Shown: positions 37,808-47,902 of the stretch, piece after piece
Layout of the letters: each line of letters starts with the position of its first letter
Position numbering within the stretch: the first letter of the stretch is position 1
Assembly (NCBI GenBank): GCA_036667875.1
Contig: JAVWTD010000006.1
Coordinates: 1 to 51,045 of the forward strand
Origin: Bacilli bacterium
Lineage (GTDB): Bacteria; Bacillota_I; Bacilli_A; RF39; UBA660
DNA: 51,045 nt
Reading direction: 5' to 3'
The notes under the pieces: generated by a model
What the model was told of the DNA's origin: nothing
Databases searched by the model: none
Seen by the model: the letters and a program-made list of their open reading frames with translations, nothing else
Program-made: the position numbers and the translations under genes

Positions 37808-38341
37808 ATGAGTCGTATTGGAAATAGAACTATTACAATACCTGAAAATGTAACAGTATCAATTAATGGTAATGTTGTAAAAGTCAGTGGTCCTAAAGGT
37901 GAACTTTCTACTGAAATTAACAAGGACATCACTGTAAACATTAACGGAAATGAAATAACATTAGATCGTAAAGATGATTCTGTTAAAAATTTCCATGGTA
38001 CTGCTAATGCTAACATCAATAATATGATAGTTGGTGTTACAAAAGGTTATGAAAAAAGATTAGAATCAATTGGTGTAGGATACCGTTTTGCATTAAAAGA
38101 AGGAAAACTAGTTGTAACAGCTGGTTATTCTCATCCAGTAAATGTTGAAATACCTAACGAATTGAAATTAGAAGTTCCAAGCAACACAGAATTAGTTGTT
38201 AAAGGAATTGATAAATGTTTAGTAGGAGAATTTTCTGCTAACGTTAGAAAAATAAGAAAACCTGAACCTTACAAAGGTAAAGGAATCCGTTATAAAGATG
38301 AAGTAATCCGTCGTAAAGAAGGAAAGAAAGCATCTAAATAA
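37808..38341 (+). CDS. rplF: 50S ribosomal protein L6
   Basis: MSRIG, GPKGEL, PEPYKGKGI. Confidence 0.98.
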   Translation: MSRIGNRTITIPENVTVSINGNVVKVSGPKGELSTEINKDITVNINGNEITLDRKDDSVKNFHGTANANINNMIVGVTKGYEKRLESIGVGYRFALKEGKLVVTAGYSHPVNVEIPNELKLEVPSNTELVVKGIDKCLVGEFSANVRKIRKPEPYKGKGIRYKDEVIRRKEGKKASK

Positions 38342-38366
38342 TAAAGAGTAAAGGAGAGTAATACTT

Positions 38367-38729
38367 ATGATTAAAAAAGTAGCTCGTAACGATATGCGTA
38401 AAGCTAGACATGCTCGTATCAGAGAAAAAGTTACAGGTACTACAAGTGTACCAAGACTTAATGTGTTTAGATCAAACAATAATATTTTTGCTCAAATCAT
38501 TGATGATGAAAAAGCTGTTACATTAGTAAGTGCCTCTTCAATTGATAAAGAATTAAAGATTGAAAATGGTGGAAATGTTGAAGCTGCTACAAAAGTAGGA
38601 GAATTAATAGCTAACAGAGCTAAAAAAGCAAAAATAACAAATGTAACTTTCGATAGAGGTGGATACCTATATCATGGACGTGTTAAAGCTTTAGCTGAAG
38701 CTGCACGTGCAAATGGATTAGAATTCTAA
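38367..38729 (+). CDS. rplR: 50S ribosomal protein L18
   Basis: [21 protein letters not shown]. Confidence 0.98.
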   Translation: MIKKVARNDMRKARHARIREKVTGTTSVPRLNVFRSNNNIFAQIIDDEKAVTLVSASSIDKELKIENGGNVEAATKVGELIANRAKKAKITNVTFDRGGYLYHGRVKALAEAARANGLEF

Positions 38730-38743
38730 GAGGAGGAATCTAG

Positions 38744-39256
38744 ATGGAAAAAGAAACTAGAAGAAGAGAACCAAGACCAAAAATGTTCGATACTGAAATT
38801 ATTAACATTGGTCGTGTTACAAAAGTAACAAAAGGTGGTCGTCATTTCCGTTTCTCTGCTACTGTTGCTGTTGGAGACAGAAAAGGTCAAGTAGGAATTG
38901 GAACTGGTAAAGCAAATGAAGTACCAGATGCAATTAAGAAAGCAGAACAATCTGCAACTAAAAGCGTAGTAAGAGTATCAGTAATTGATAATAGAACAAT
39001 CCCACATGAAGCAATTGGTGTAAGAGGAGCAAGTCGTGTAATGTTAAAACCTGCTTCTAAAGGTACAGGAGTTAAAGCTGGTGGTCCAGTTAGATCTGTA
39101 CTTGAATTAGCTGGAGTAAAAGACATTTTATCAAAATCACTTGGATCAAATACAAAAATTAATATGGCATTTGCTACTTTAGAAGCTTTAAAAGCTCAAA
39201 AGACAGTAGAACAAGTTGCAAAATTACGCGGTAAGAAAGTTGAGGACTTAATCTAA
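38744..39256 (+). CDS. rpsE: 30S ribosomal protein S5
   Basis: [26 protein letters not shown]. Confidence 0.98.
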   Translation: MEKETRRREPRPKMFDTEIINIGRVTKVTKGGRHFRFSATVAVGDRKGQVGIGTGKANEVPDAIKKAEQSATKSVVRVSVIDNRTIPHEAIGVRGASRVMLKPASKGTGVKAGGPVRSVLELAGVKDILSKSLGSNTKINMAFATLEALKAQKTVEQVAKLRGKKVEDLI

Positions 39257-39699
39257 TGAAATTACATACAATGCATCCTGCTGAAGGTGCTACTAAAACT
39301 CGTAAAAGAGTTGGACGTGGTGTTGGATCAGGTTTAGGAAAAACAAGTGGTAGAGGTCAAAACGGACAAAAATCAAGAAGTGGCTACAGTCACAAAGCTG
39401 GTTTTGAAGGTGGACAATTACCATTATTCAAAAGATTACCAAAAAGAGGTTTCTCTAACGCTAAATTTAAAACTGAATACGCTGTAATTAATTTAAGTGA
39501 TTTAAATAATTTTGATAACGATGCTGTAATTACGCCAGAATTACTAAAAGAAATGGGATTAGTTAAAAACCAATTAGATGGTGTTAAAGTACTAGGAAAT
39601 GGAAAACTAGAAAAAAAATTAATTGTTAAAGCACACAAATTCTCAAGTGTTGCTAAAGAACAAATAGAAAAATTAGGTGGAAAAGCAGAGGTGATTTAA
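39256..39699 (+). CDS. rplO: 50S ribosomal protein L15
   Basis: [23 protein letters not shown]. Confidence 0.98.
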   Translation: MKLHTMHPAEGATKTRKRVGRGVGSGLGKTSGRGQNGQKSRSGYSHKAGFEGGQLPLFKRLPKRGFSNAKFKTEYAVINLSDLNNFDNDAVITPELLKEMGLVKNQLDGVKVLGNGKLEKKLIVKAHKFSSVAKEQIEKLGGKAEVI

Positions 39700-39700
39700 A

Positions 39701-40984
39701 ATGTTTGCAACTTTTAAGCAAATATTCAATCGCAAAAATAAAGATTTACAAAAGAAAATTTTGTTTACTTTTGCTGCTTTGTTTATCTTTAAATTAGGAA
39801 CTGCGATTATTGTTCCAGGAATTGATAAAAATTCTTTAACTGGTAATTTAGGATTTTTTGAATTAATGAATGCTATGGGTGGAGGAGCAATGGAGAAATT
39901 CTCTATATTTGCTTTAGGTGTAATGCCTTACATCACAGCATCAATTATAATTCAATTACTTTCTATGGATATTATTCCTTATTTAACTGAATTATCGAAA
40001 CAAGGTATTTCAGGAAGAAATAAAATGAACCAAATTACTAGAATTGTAGGAATTATCTTTGCATTTGTTCAAGGATATATATATTCGTTTACATATGTAG
40101 GCGCAGCTGCCGGAAGTGTAAGCACAATGCAATATATTGAGTTCGCTGTAGTTCTTACAGCAGGTACTTCACTTTTATTGTGGTTAGGAGATCAAATAAC
40201 TGCTAAAGGGATAGGAAATGGAATATCATTAATAATAATGGCTGGTATAATTGCAAATTTACCAACAATGTTTATTAGTGCTTGGAACACTTTAATTGAC
40301 CTTCAAGCATCAACACAAGCAATATCATTTGGTGTTGTTATGTTTATATTATTTGTCTTAACATATGTAGCTATTATTTTAGGTATCATATATGAAGAGA
40401 CCGCAGAAAGAAGAATACCAATTCAATATGCAAATAAATCGTCAAATAGTTATGGTGGACAACAAAATTATATACCATTTAGATTAAATTCTGCTGGAGT
40501 TATCCCTGTAATATTTGCATCTGCAATTATATCAATTCCATCAATTATTGCTGCATTCTTAAAGAATGAAGTAATGACAAGTTTTATAAACAAATGGATA
40601 GTAATGACTACTCCAACTGGATTGATTTTATATGTATTATGTATATTTGGATTCGCATACTTTTATACATTTATACAATTAAAACCAGAAGAATTAGCAG
40701 ATAATTTGAATAAGAATGGTGGATTTGTTCCAGGAGTAAGACCTGGAGAAGATACAGTATCTTATATTTCAAAAATTATAAAAAGAATCACTTTTGTGGG
40801 AGCACTTGCTCTAGCAATTATTGCTGCTCTTCCTGTCGTATTTGGGATGTTCTCAAGTATGCCTAGTAGTGTAACAATAGGTGGTACTGGACTACTAATA
40901 GTTGTTGGTGTAGCTTTAGAAACATATAAACAAATTGAAAGTCAACTAATCAGTCGTACTTATACTAGGGGGCGAAAAAAATAA
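39701..40984 (+). CDS. secY: Preprotein translocase SecY
   Basis: SIFALGVMPYITASII, GIGNGISL, AGVIPVIFA, PGVRPG. Confidence 0.98.
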   Translation: MFATFKQIFNRKNKDLQKKILFTFAALFIFKLGTAIIVPGIDKNSLTGNLGFFELMNAMGGGAMEKFSIFALGVMPYITASIIIQLLSMDIIPYLTELSKQGISGRNKMNQITRIVGIIFAFVQGYIYSFTYVGAAAGSVSTMQYIEFAVVLTAGTSLLLWLGDQITAKGIGNGISLIIMAGIIANLPTMFISAWNTLIDLQASTQAISFGVVMFILFVLTYVAIILGIIYEETAERRIPIQYANKSSNSYGGQQNYIPFRLNSAGVIPVIFASAIISIPSIIAAFLKNEVMTSFINKWIVMTTPTGLILYVLCIFGFAYFYTFIQLKPEELADNLNKNGGFVPGVRPGEDTVSYISKIIKRITFVGALALAIIAALPVVFGMFSSMPSSVTIGGTGLLIVVGVALETYKQIESQLISRTYTRGRKK

Positions 40985-41643
40985 TGAAAAGTATTATATT
41001 TATTGCTCCTCCTGCGGCTGGTAAAGGAACTCAAGCAGTTATGCTAAGTTCTAAATTTAATATACCTCATATTTCTACTGGAGACATTTTAAGAAATGCT
41101 TCTTCTGAAGAAACAGAAAGAGGAAAATATATTAAAAACTTAATTTCTAATGGAAAATTTGTTGATGATAATATAATGTTAGAATTGATCAAAGAAAGAT
41201 TACAAAATTGTGATTGTGATAATGGATATATTTTAGATGGTTTTCCACGTAGTTTAGAACAAGCACAACAATATGAGGAGATTCTTAAAGAATTATCTAA
41301 AGAATTAGGTTTTGTCATTGTCTTAGACATTGATAAAGAGGTTGCTAAAAACCGTATTGTTGGAAGAATATCTTGCTCTAAATGTGGTAGTGTATTTAAC
41401 GAAAATATTAAAGAAGCAAATTCTAAAATAACTGGTATTTGTGACAAATGTGGAAGTAAATTGACTAAAAGATCTGATGATAATGAAGAAACTTTTGTAA
41501 AAAGATTTGATACTTATCTTGAGAAAACAAAACCACTAATAAATTATTATGAAAATAAGAATGTTCTATATCATGTTAATAGTGATTTAGGAAAAGAAAA
41601 TACTTTTAAACAAATAGAAAATATTATAGTTAGCTCACTATAA
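40984..41643 (+). CDS. adk: Adenylate kinase (zinc LID)
   Basis: PPAAGKGTQ, HISTGD, LDGFPR, CSKC..CDKC, RSDD. Confidence 0.97.
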   Translation: MKSIIFIAPPAAGKGTQAVMLSSKFNIPHISTGDILRNASSEETERGKYIKNLISNGKFVDDNIMLELIKERLQNCDCDNGYILDGFPRSLEQAQQYEEILKELSKELGFVIVLDIDKEVAKNRIVGRISCSKCGSVFNENIKEANSKITGICDKCGSKLTKRSDDNEETFVKRFDTYLEKTKPLINYYENKNVLYHVNSDLGKENTFKQIENIIVSSL

Positions 41644-41835
41644 TAGCATCAAAATCTAACAAATGTTAGTAATCTGTGATAAAATATTATTGTTTTATCA
41701 CAAGGCAAAGACTATTAAGTCAAAATGCAACTCCAATTTTAAGGTTATAATGAATTCCTGGTAGTAATTTACTAGGATTCAAATGACCAAAACTATAATT
41801 GGTGATATAATATCTATAGATATTGATGCACGCTA
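41640..41835 (+). pseudogene. map: Decayed remnant of methionine aminopeptidase
   Basis: Lies in the canonical map slot (adk-map-infA). Fragments LSQNATP (41715-41735), GYNEF (41743-41757), GS, and GDIISIDIDA (41801-41830) match Map motifs A.P.FKGY.GFPGS and GDIISIDIG in order, across frameshifts. Confidence 0.75.
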
Positions 41836-41927
41836 ATAATATTATTAAAATATTAATTGTGCAATTTGTAATATGCTGAAATTATAATCTAAAATAGGTT
41901 ATAAAATTTTAACAAAGAGGTGATTTT

Positions 41928-42143
41928 ATGGCTAAAACAGATACAATCGAAGTACAAGGAAAAGTTATTGAAGTAAAGCCTGGAGGTATTTTCAAGGTAG
42001 AATTAGAGAATAAACATACTGTAGAAGCTCACGTTTCTGGTAAAATCCGAATGAATTACATTCGCATCTTATCAGGTGATACAGTAACAGTTGAACTTTC
42101 ACCATATGATTTAACACGTGGGCGCATAACTTACCGAAAATAA
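41928..42143 (+). CDS. infA: Translation initiation factor IF-1
   Basis: [33 protein letters not shown]. Confidence 0.98.
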   Translation: MAKTDTIEVQGKVIEVKPGGIFKVELENKHTVEAHVSGKIRMNYIRILSGDTVTVELSPYDLTRGRITYRK

Positions 42144-42160
42144 TAGTAGGAGGAATAGAT

Positions 42161-42274
42161 ATGAAAGTAAGAGCATCAGTTAAAAAAATATGCGACAAAT
42201 GTAAAATAGTAAGACGTAACGGAAGAATAGAAGTTAGATGTGTTAATACAAAACATAATCAAAGACAAGGTTAA
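42161..42274 (+). CDS. rpmJ: 50S ribosomal protein L36 (not in ORF track)
   Basis: [37 protein letters not shown]; SD AGGAGG. Confidence 0.97.
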   Translation: MKVRASVKKICDKCKIVRRNGRIEVRCVNTKHNQRQG

Positions 42275-42288
42275 TAGGAGGTGTTTGA

Positions 42289-42654
42289 ATGGCACGTATT
42301 AAAGGTGTAGATGTACCAAACAATAAAAGAGCTGAGATAGCTTTAACATATATCTTTGGGATTGGAAGAAATTTATCTCAAACAATTCTAAAAGATGCTA
42401 AAGTAGATTTCAATAAAAAAGCTGGAGATCTTGATAATGATGAATTAGCAAGAATCCGTGAAGAAGTTAGTAAATACATAACTGAAGGAGACTTACGTCG
42501 CGAAGTTAGTATGAATATTAAAACAAAAATGGAAATTAATTCTTATGAAGGTTCAAGACATAAAAAAGGACTTCCAGTAAGAGGACAAAGAACTAGTAGA
42601 AATGCTAGAACTCGTAAAGGTAAAGGAAAAACAGTTGCAAATAAGAAAAAATAA
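42289..42654 (+). CDS. rpsM: 30S ribosomal protein S13
   Basis: [24 protein letters not shown]. Confidence 0.98.
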   Translation: MARIKGVDVPNNKRAEIALTYIFGIGRNLSQTILKDAKVDFNKKAGDLDNDELARIREEVSKYITEGDLRREVSMNIKTKMEINSYEGSRHKKGLPVRGQRTSRNARTRKGKGKTVANKKK

Positions 42655-42685
42655 TTGTAACTAAATAATAAGGAGGTTATATAAA

Positions 42686-43069
42686 ATGGCTTATAAACCA
42701 AGAAAACGTAAAGTTAAAAAGAATGTACCAGAAGGAAGAGCTTTTATTCATTCAACTTTCAATAATACTATCGTTACAATTAGTGATAGTGAAGGTAATG
42801 CTATAAGTTGGGCTTCTGCCGGTACTTTAGGATTTAAAGGAAGTAAAAAATCTACTCCTTTTGCTGCAGGAATGTCAGCAGAAGCTGCAGGAAAAGCTGC
42901 GGTAGACATGGGTATGAAAAAAGTTGAAGTATTTGTAAAAGGTTTAGGATCAGGTAGAGAAACAGCTATCCGTTCATTACAAACTGCAGGTTTAGAAATT
43001 GCTTCAATTTCTGATGTAACGCCTATCCCACATAACGGATGTCGTCCACCAAAACGTCCACGTGGATAA
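42686..43069 (+). CDS. rpsK: 30S ribosomal protein S11
   Basis: [34 protein letters not shown]. Confidence 0.98.
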   Translation: MAYKPRKRKVKKNVPEGRAFIHSTFNNTIVTISDSEGNAISWASAGTLGFKGSKKSTPFAAGMSAEAAGKAAVDMGMKKVEVFVKGLGSGRETAIRSLQTAGLEIASISDVTPIPHNGCRPPKRPRG

Positions 43070-43089
43070 AAGAAAAGGAGTGAAGAATA

Positions 43090-44046
43090 GTGTTAAACTT
43101 TGAAAAACCAGTATTTAAGATTACTGATTATGTTGAAAATAATAATTATGGAAAATTTGAATTAGAACCTTTGGAAAGAGGTTTTGGGACAACCATTGGT
43201 AACGCTCTTAGAAGAGTAATGTTATCTAATATGCCAGGTAGTGCTATCGTAGCAGTTAAAATTGATGGAGTAATGCATGAATTTCAAACAATCGATGGTG
43301 TTGTAGAAGATGTAACAACTATTGTTTTAAACTTAAAAAGTGTTGTAATTAAAAGAGATATTAATTCTGATGGAATTAAAACTATTCATTTACACGCTGA
43401 CAAAGAAGGAATTGTAACTGCAGGAAGCATAAAATGTGATTCTGACGTAGAAATTGCAAATCCTAATCAAGTAATCGCAACATTAGCAAAAGGTGGTAAA
43501 CTTGACATGGAAATGATCGTAGCCAGAGGTCGCGGTTATGTTCCAGCTAATGAAAATAAACGATTTGTTGAAAATGCAAAGATTGGTTTTATTCCAATAG
43601 ATGCTTTATATTCACCAATTGAAAGAATTAGTTATGAAGTAGAAACAGCACGTGTTGGACAAGATGCAAACTATGATAAATTAGTTATGAATGTTTATAC
43701 AAACGGATCAATTAAACCTGAAGAATCAATGTCTTTAGGCGCAAAAATCTTAATTGAACATTTAAAAATTGTATCTGATTTAAGCGAATTAGCTGATACT
43801 ACAGGAATAATGTCTGCTAAACAAGAAGATAGTAAACTTAAAAAACTAGAAACATCAATAGATGATTTAGATTTCTCAGTTAGAGCTTTTAATTGTTTAA
43901 AAAGAGCTAATATCAATACTTTAGGTGATTTAGTAGAAAAATCAGAACTTGAAATGATGAAAATCCGTAATTTAGGAAAAAAATCTTTAAAAGAAGTTAT
44001 TGACAAAATTAAAGATATGGGTCTTAAGTTTCGTGAAGAAGACTAG
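43090..44046 (+). CDS. rpoA: RNA polymerase alpha subunit
   Basis: EPLERGFGTTIGNALRR, SVRAFNCLKR, NLGKKS. Confidence 0.98.
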   Translation: MLNFEKPVFKITDYVENNNYGKFELEPLERGFGTTIGNALRRVMLSNMPGSAIVAVKIDGVMHEFQTIDGVVEDVTTIVLNLKSVVIKRDINSDGIKTIHLHADKEGIVTAGSIKCDSDVEIANPNQVIATLAKGGKLDMEMIVARGRGYVPANENKRFVENAKIGFIPIDALYSPIERISYEVETARVGQDANYDKLVMNVYTNGSIKPEESMSLGAKILIEHLKIVSDLSELADTTGIMSAKQEDSKLKKLETSIDDLDFSVRAFNCLKRANINTLGDLVEKSELEMMKIRNLGKKSLKEVIDKIKDMGLKFREED

Positions 44047-44065
44047 TAGTTAGGAGGAATATATT

Positions 44066-44422
44066 ATGGCTTATAGAAAATTAGGAGTAGACAATAAACA
44101 TAGAAGAAGTATGCTTGCTAATTTAACTAAAGATATGATCATGAATGAAAGAATAGAAACAACTGAAACAAGAGCTAAAGAAGCTCGTAAATTCGTTGAC
44201 AAAATGATTTCTTATGGTAAAGATGGATCTTTAGTAGCAAGAAGAAAAGCTTTAGCTTTCTTACAAAATGATAATGAAGCTGTTAAGAAAGTATTTAATG
44301 ACTTAGCAGTACGTTTTGCAAAAAGAGAAGGTGGCTATACTAGAATTTTAAAACTTACAGAACGTCGTGGTGATGACGCTCTTATGGTTATATTAGAGTT
44401 AGTTGAGGAAGATGCTAAATAA
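44066..44422 (+). CDS. rplQ: 50S ribosomal protein L17
   Basis: [22 protein letters not shown]. Confidence 0.98.
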   Translation: MAYRKLGVDNKHRRSMLANLTKDMIMNERIETTETRAKEARKFVDKMISYGKDGSLVARRKALAFLQNDNEAVKKVFNDLAVRFAKREGGYTRILKLTERRGDDALMVILELVEEDAK

Positions 44423-44438
44423 GCATCTTTTTATTTTA
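44409..44438 (+). terminator. Terminator of the ribosomal cluster
   Basis: AAGATGCT / AGCATCTT stem plus T tract. Confidence 0.75.
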
Positions 44439-44487
44439 TTTTTTTCCTTAGATATGATATAATTATGGTATTAACGGGAGGTCTAGT

Positions 44488-45633
44488 ATGGAATTTAAAA
44501 AAATAGATTTTAAAAATTTAGATGATAAAACAAAAGGACTCTTAAAATTACTAGCAATAGTGATAGGAGCTTTTATTGCAATCATTATTTTCTTTGGATT
44601 ATATACATTATTTGTAGGACAAGTGTTATCATTTCCTAAAATAGAAAATGTAATGATTAGAGCTACAAAAGAATATGTTAGCGATCATAAAGAAATATTA
44701 GAAAAAGGCATTTACGGAACAATAGAAATAAAGACAAGTGACCTTGCGGCTGAAGGCTTAATGAAAGATTTAAGCAAGTATACAAGAAAAGGGGTTATGT
44801 GTACTGGTTCAGTTCTTGTTTTTAAAAATTTAGATGACTATAGTTACTCTCCAAAACTAGATTGTAAAAAAGATTATAAATATAAATTATTAGTTGATGA
44901 GATTTTAAAAGAAGAAAATATTGTAACAGGAGAATCAGGTATATATAAAATTGAATCAGAAGCACCATACTATGTTTATAGAGGAGAGAATGTTGACAAT
45001 TATGTAACATTTGCTGATGAAACATGGCGTATTCTTAGAATTGATAATGACAAAAATATAAGATTAATTCAAGAAAATTCAAAAAACAATACTCCATGGG
45101 ATGATCGATATAATGTAGAAAAACAATATAATTCAGGAATAAATGATTTTGAAGGAACGCAAGCAAGTAGATTAAAAGATAAAATTATGGAATTATATAA
45201 TGATAAGGAATATATAACAAAAGAAAATAAATCATTAATAGTTCCAAAAGAATATTGTATTGGAAAGAAAAAAGAAGACGATTTAGATAAAACAGGGACA
45301 ATAGAATGCTCTATTAAATCAGAAATAATGGGAGCAGGTTCTATTTATATTAGTGAATATTTAGAAGCCTCATTAGACCCAAATTGTTTTAGTATTAAAT
45401 CTAATTCATGTGCCAATTACAATTACTTAGCTAAACTTAATAATTATTGGACTTTAACTGCTAATGCTGACACAACTTATGAAGTATTCGCAGTATCAGA
45501 AACATCTTATTCTAAATTATCATCTTCATATTCTTATGTTAATTTAGTTCTTACAATAAATGGAAATATAAATTATATAAGTGGTGATGGAACTAAAATC
45601 AATCCATATGTTATAAAACCAATAATTAAATAA
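44488..45633 (+). CDS. Membrane-anchored extracellular Cys-containing protein (DUF6273-like C-terminal domain)
   Basis: N-terminal TM; YVYRG..NYV.F...WRILRI....IRLI, YWTL and ISGDGT..NPY motifs; six Cys. Confidence 0.6.
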   Translation: MEFKKIDFKNLDDKTKGLLKLLAIVIGAFIAIIIFFGLYTLFVGQVLSFPKIENVMIRATKEYVSDHKEILEKGIYGTIEIKTSDLAAEGLMKDLSKYTRKGVMCTGSVLVFKNLDDYSYSPKLDCKKDYKYKLLVDEILKEENIVTGESGIYKIESEAPYYVYRGENVDNYVTFADETWRILRIDNDKNIRLIQENSKNNTPWDDRYNVEKQYNSGINDFEGTQASRLKDKIMELYNDKEYITKENKSLIVPKEYCIGKKKEDDLDKTGTIECSIKSEIMGAGSIYISEYLEASLDPNCFSIKSNSCANYNYLAKLNNYWTLTANADTTYEVFAVSETSYSKLSSSYSYVNLVLTINGNINYISGDGTKINPYVIKPIIK

Positions 45634-45634
45634 C

Positions 45635-45659
45635 AAACCTAATTTGATTAGGTTTTTTT
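45635..45659 (+). terminator. Intrinsic terminator
   Basis: AAACCTAAT / ATTAGGTTT stem plus T tract. Confidence 0.7.
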
Positions 45660-45705
45660 ATTGTATTAATTTTATAATTATTATATAATTTATATAGGTG
45701 ATATA

Positions 45706-46458
45706 ATGAAAGCAATAATAACAGGGGCTAGTTCTGGTTTAGGGAAAGAATTTGCCAAACAACTTAGTGAACTTGGATATGATTTAGTATTAGTAGCAAG
45801 AAGAAAAGAAAAACTTAAAGAAATAAAGCTAGAACTCAATACATCAGTAGAAATTGTATGTTTAGACTTATCATTTCCTACTAACTGTATAAAACTATTT
45901 AAAAAATATAGAAAAGAAGAAATAGATTTATTGATTAATAACGCTGGATTTGGTGTATATGGAGAATTTGATAAAACTGCATTAGACAAAGAACTTGAGA
46001 TGATAGATATAAATATTATTGCTGTTCATACACTAACAAAACTATTTTTACAGAAATTTAAAGAAAATAATAATGGTTCCATATTAAATGTTGCATCATC
46101 AGCAGCATTTCAACCAGGTCCTTTAATGGCAAGTTATTATGCAACAAAATCGTATGTTTACAATTTGACATGTGCTGTATATGAAGAAATAAAAAAAAGC
46201 AAAAAAAACGTAAAAATAAGTGTACTTTGTCCTGGACCAGTCAATACAGAATTTAATGATGTAGCCGGAGTTAGTTTTGGTGTAAAATCTTTAAATAGTG
46301 ATTATGTTGTAAAATATGCACTAGAATCTTTAAAGAAAAACAAACTAATTATTATACCTGGTTTTTCAATGAAAATTATAAGATTTTTTGTACGCTTTAT
46401 TCCAACAAAAATAATTGTTAAAATTTCATATTGCATTCAAAAGAAAAAGGAGAAATAA
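45706..46458 (+). CDS. Short-chain dehydrogenase/reductase
   Basis: [17 protein letters not shown] catalytic motif, CPGP. Confidence 0.92.
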   Translation: MKAIITGASSGLGKEFAKQLSELGYDLVLVARRKEKLKEIKLELNTSVEIVCLDLSFPTNCIKLFKKYRKEEIDLLINNAGFGVYGEFDKTALDKELEMIDINIIAVHTLTKLFLQKFKENNNGSILNVASSAAFQPGPLMASYYATKSYVYNLTCAVYEEIKKSKKNVKISVLCPGPVNTEFNDVAGVSFGVKSLNSDYVVKYALESLKKNKLIIIPGFSMKIIRFFVRFIPTKIIVKISYCIQKKKEK

Positions 46459-47024
46459 TGATTAATTATATAGATAAAAAAAACACATATATTGATTCCT
46501 CAGTAGTAATAGAGGATAATGTAACTATATATCCTAATGTTTTTATAAAAGGAAACTCAATTATAAAATCGGGAACTACCATTTTTCAAAATTCAACCAT
46601 ATTAAATTCATGCATTGGAGAAAATAATCAAATAGGACCAAATGCTTTTATTAGAGATAATACTAGAACAGATAAAAACTGCAAAATTGGTTTTTGTGTT
46701 GAAATAAAAAATTCTACTATTGGAGAAAAAACGAAAATACCTCATTTAAGTTATATAGGTGATGCCGTGATAGGATCAAATGTAAATTATGGAGCTGGTT
46801 CAATAACAGCAAACTATGATGGAATTAATAAAAACAAAACAGAAATTGGTGATGATGTTTTTGTAGGATCTAATTCAACACTTGTTGCACCAGTAAAAAT
46901 TATGAATAATTCATTAGTAGCAGCAGGCTCTGTTATAACAAAAACAGTTCCTAAAGAAACACTAGCTATTGCACGAGAAAGACAAATAAATAAAGAAAAC
47001 TATTATTCAAAGGATAGAGTTTAA
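46458..47024 (+). CDS. Stand-alone GlmU C-terminal acetyltransferase (left-handed beta helix)
   Basis: [50 protein letters not shown]; no N-terminal uridyltransferase domain. Confidence 0.85.
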   Translation: MINYIDKKNTYIDSSVVIEDNVTIYPNVFIKGNSIIKSGTTIFQNSTILNSCIGENNQIGPNAFIRDNTRTDKNCKIGFCVEIKNSTIGEKTKIPHLSYIGDAVIGSNVNYGAGSITANYDGINKNKTEIGDDVFVGSNSTLVAPVKIMNNSLVAAGSVITKTVPKETLAIARERQINKENYYSKDRV

Positions 47025-47038
47025 TCATATCCTTTTTT
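47009..47038 (+). terminator. Probable terminator
   Basis: AAAGGATA / TATCCTTT stem plus Ts. Confidence 0.5.
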
Positions 47039-47039
47039 G

Positions 47040-47068
47040 TTGTAAAAAAAAGTTATTTATACTATAAT
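47040..47068 (+). promoter_or_regulatory. sigma-A promoter for the ecf operon
   Basis: TTGTAA, 17 bp, TATAAT. Confidence 0.55.
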
Positions 47069-47092
47069 AGTATGTGAAATGAAGGTGATTTA

Positions 47093-47902
47093 ATGGATTC
47101 AATAATAAGTTTAAAAAACATTAACTTTTATTATAAAGATAAAGAAATATTTAAAGATTTTAATTTAGAAATAGAAAAAGGATCATTTACAACAATAATA
47201 GGGACAAACGGAAGTGGCAAAAGCACATTGGTAAGAATAATTTTAGGACTATTAGTTTGTGAAGGAGAAATAGTAATAAATAATAATATATTAAATAATG
47301 AAAATTTAAAAAATATTATAAGTAAAATTGGAGTGGTTTTTGAGAATCCAGACGATCAATTTGTAGCAGAAACAGTAATGGATGATATTGCATTTTCATT
47401 AGAAAATATGAACATAGAAGCAAAAGAAATCAAGTCAAGAATTAATAAAATATCAAAGTTGATAGGTATAAATGATATTTTAGAAAGAGAACCTCATAGT
47501 TTAAGTGGTGGTGAGAAACAGTTAGTGGCACTAGCATCAGCTCTTGTTACAGACCCTGATATTTTAATTCTTGACGAAGCATTTACTATGATAGATACAA
47601 TCGATAGAGAAAAAATATATAAAATATTAGAAAAATTAAATAAAATTAGCAAAATAACAATAATTAATATAACTCATGATATGGACGAAATATTGTATGG
47701 TAAAAACCTAGTAGTAATAGATAAAGGCAATATTGTTTTAAACGGACCTAAAGAATATGTTTTTTTAGAAGAAAAGACCTTTAATAAACTAGGATTAAAA
47801 CTTCCATTTATGGTAGAATTAACAACAAAACTTGAATATTATGGATTGATTGATCATTTAGTTTTTGATATGGAAGAGTTGGTAGATTTATTATGGAAAT
47901 AA
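47093..47902 (+). CDS. ecfA1: ECF transporter ATPase A1
   Basis: GTNGSGKST, NPDDQFV, LSGGEKQ, ILDEA. Confidence 0.9.
   Translation: MDSIISLKNINFYYKDKEIFKDFNLEIEKGSFTTIIGTNGSGKSTLVRIILGLLVCEGEIVINNNILNNENLKNIISKIGVVFENPDDQFVAETVMDDIAFSLENMNIEAKEIKSRINKISKLIGINDILEREPHSLSGGEKQLVALASALVTDPDILILDEAFTMIDTIDREKIYKILEKLNKISKITIINITHDMDEILYGKNLVVIDKGNIVLNGPKEYVFLEEKTFNKLGLKLPFMVELTTKLEYYGLIDHLVFDMEELVDLLWK

Noticed and set aside
41700-41760. c-di-GMP-I riboswitch suggested by GGCAAA..hairpin..GCAA
   Set aside because: It lacks the GNRA tetraloop, the GACGCAAAGC junction and the receptor stem. The sequence is better explained as map remnant.
43069-43090. Absence of rpsD between rpsK and rpoA
   Set aside because: Normal for Bacilli and Mollicutes, where rpsD is encoded elsewhere.
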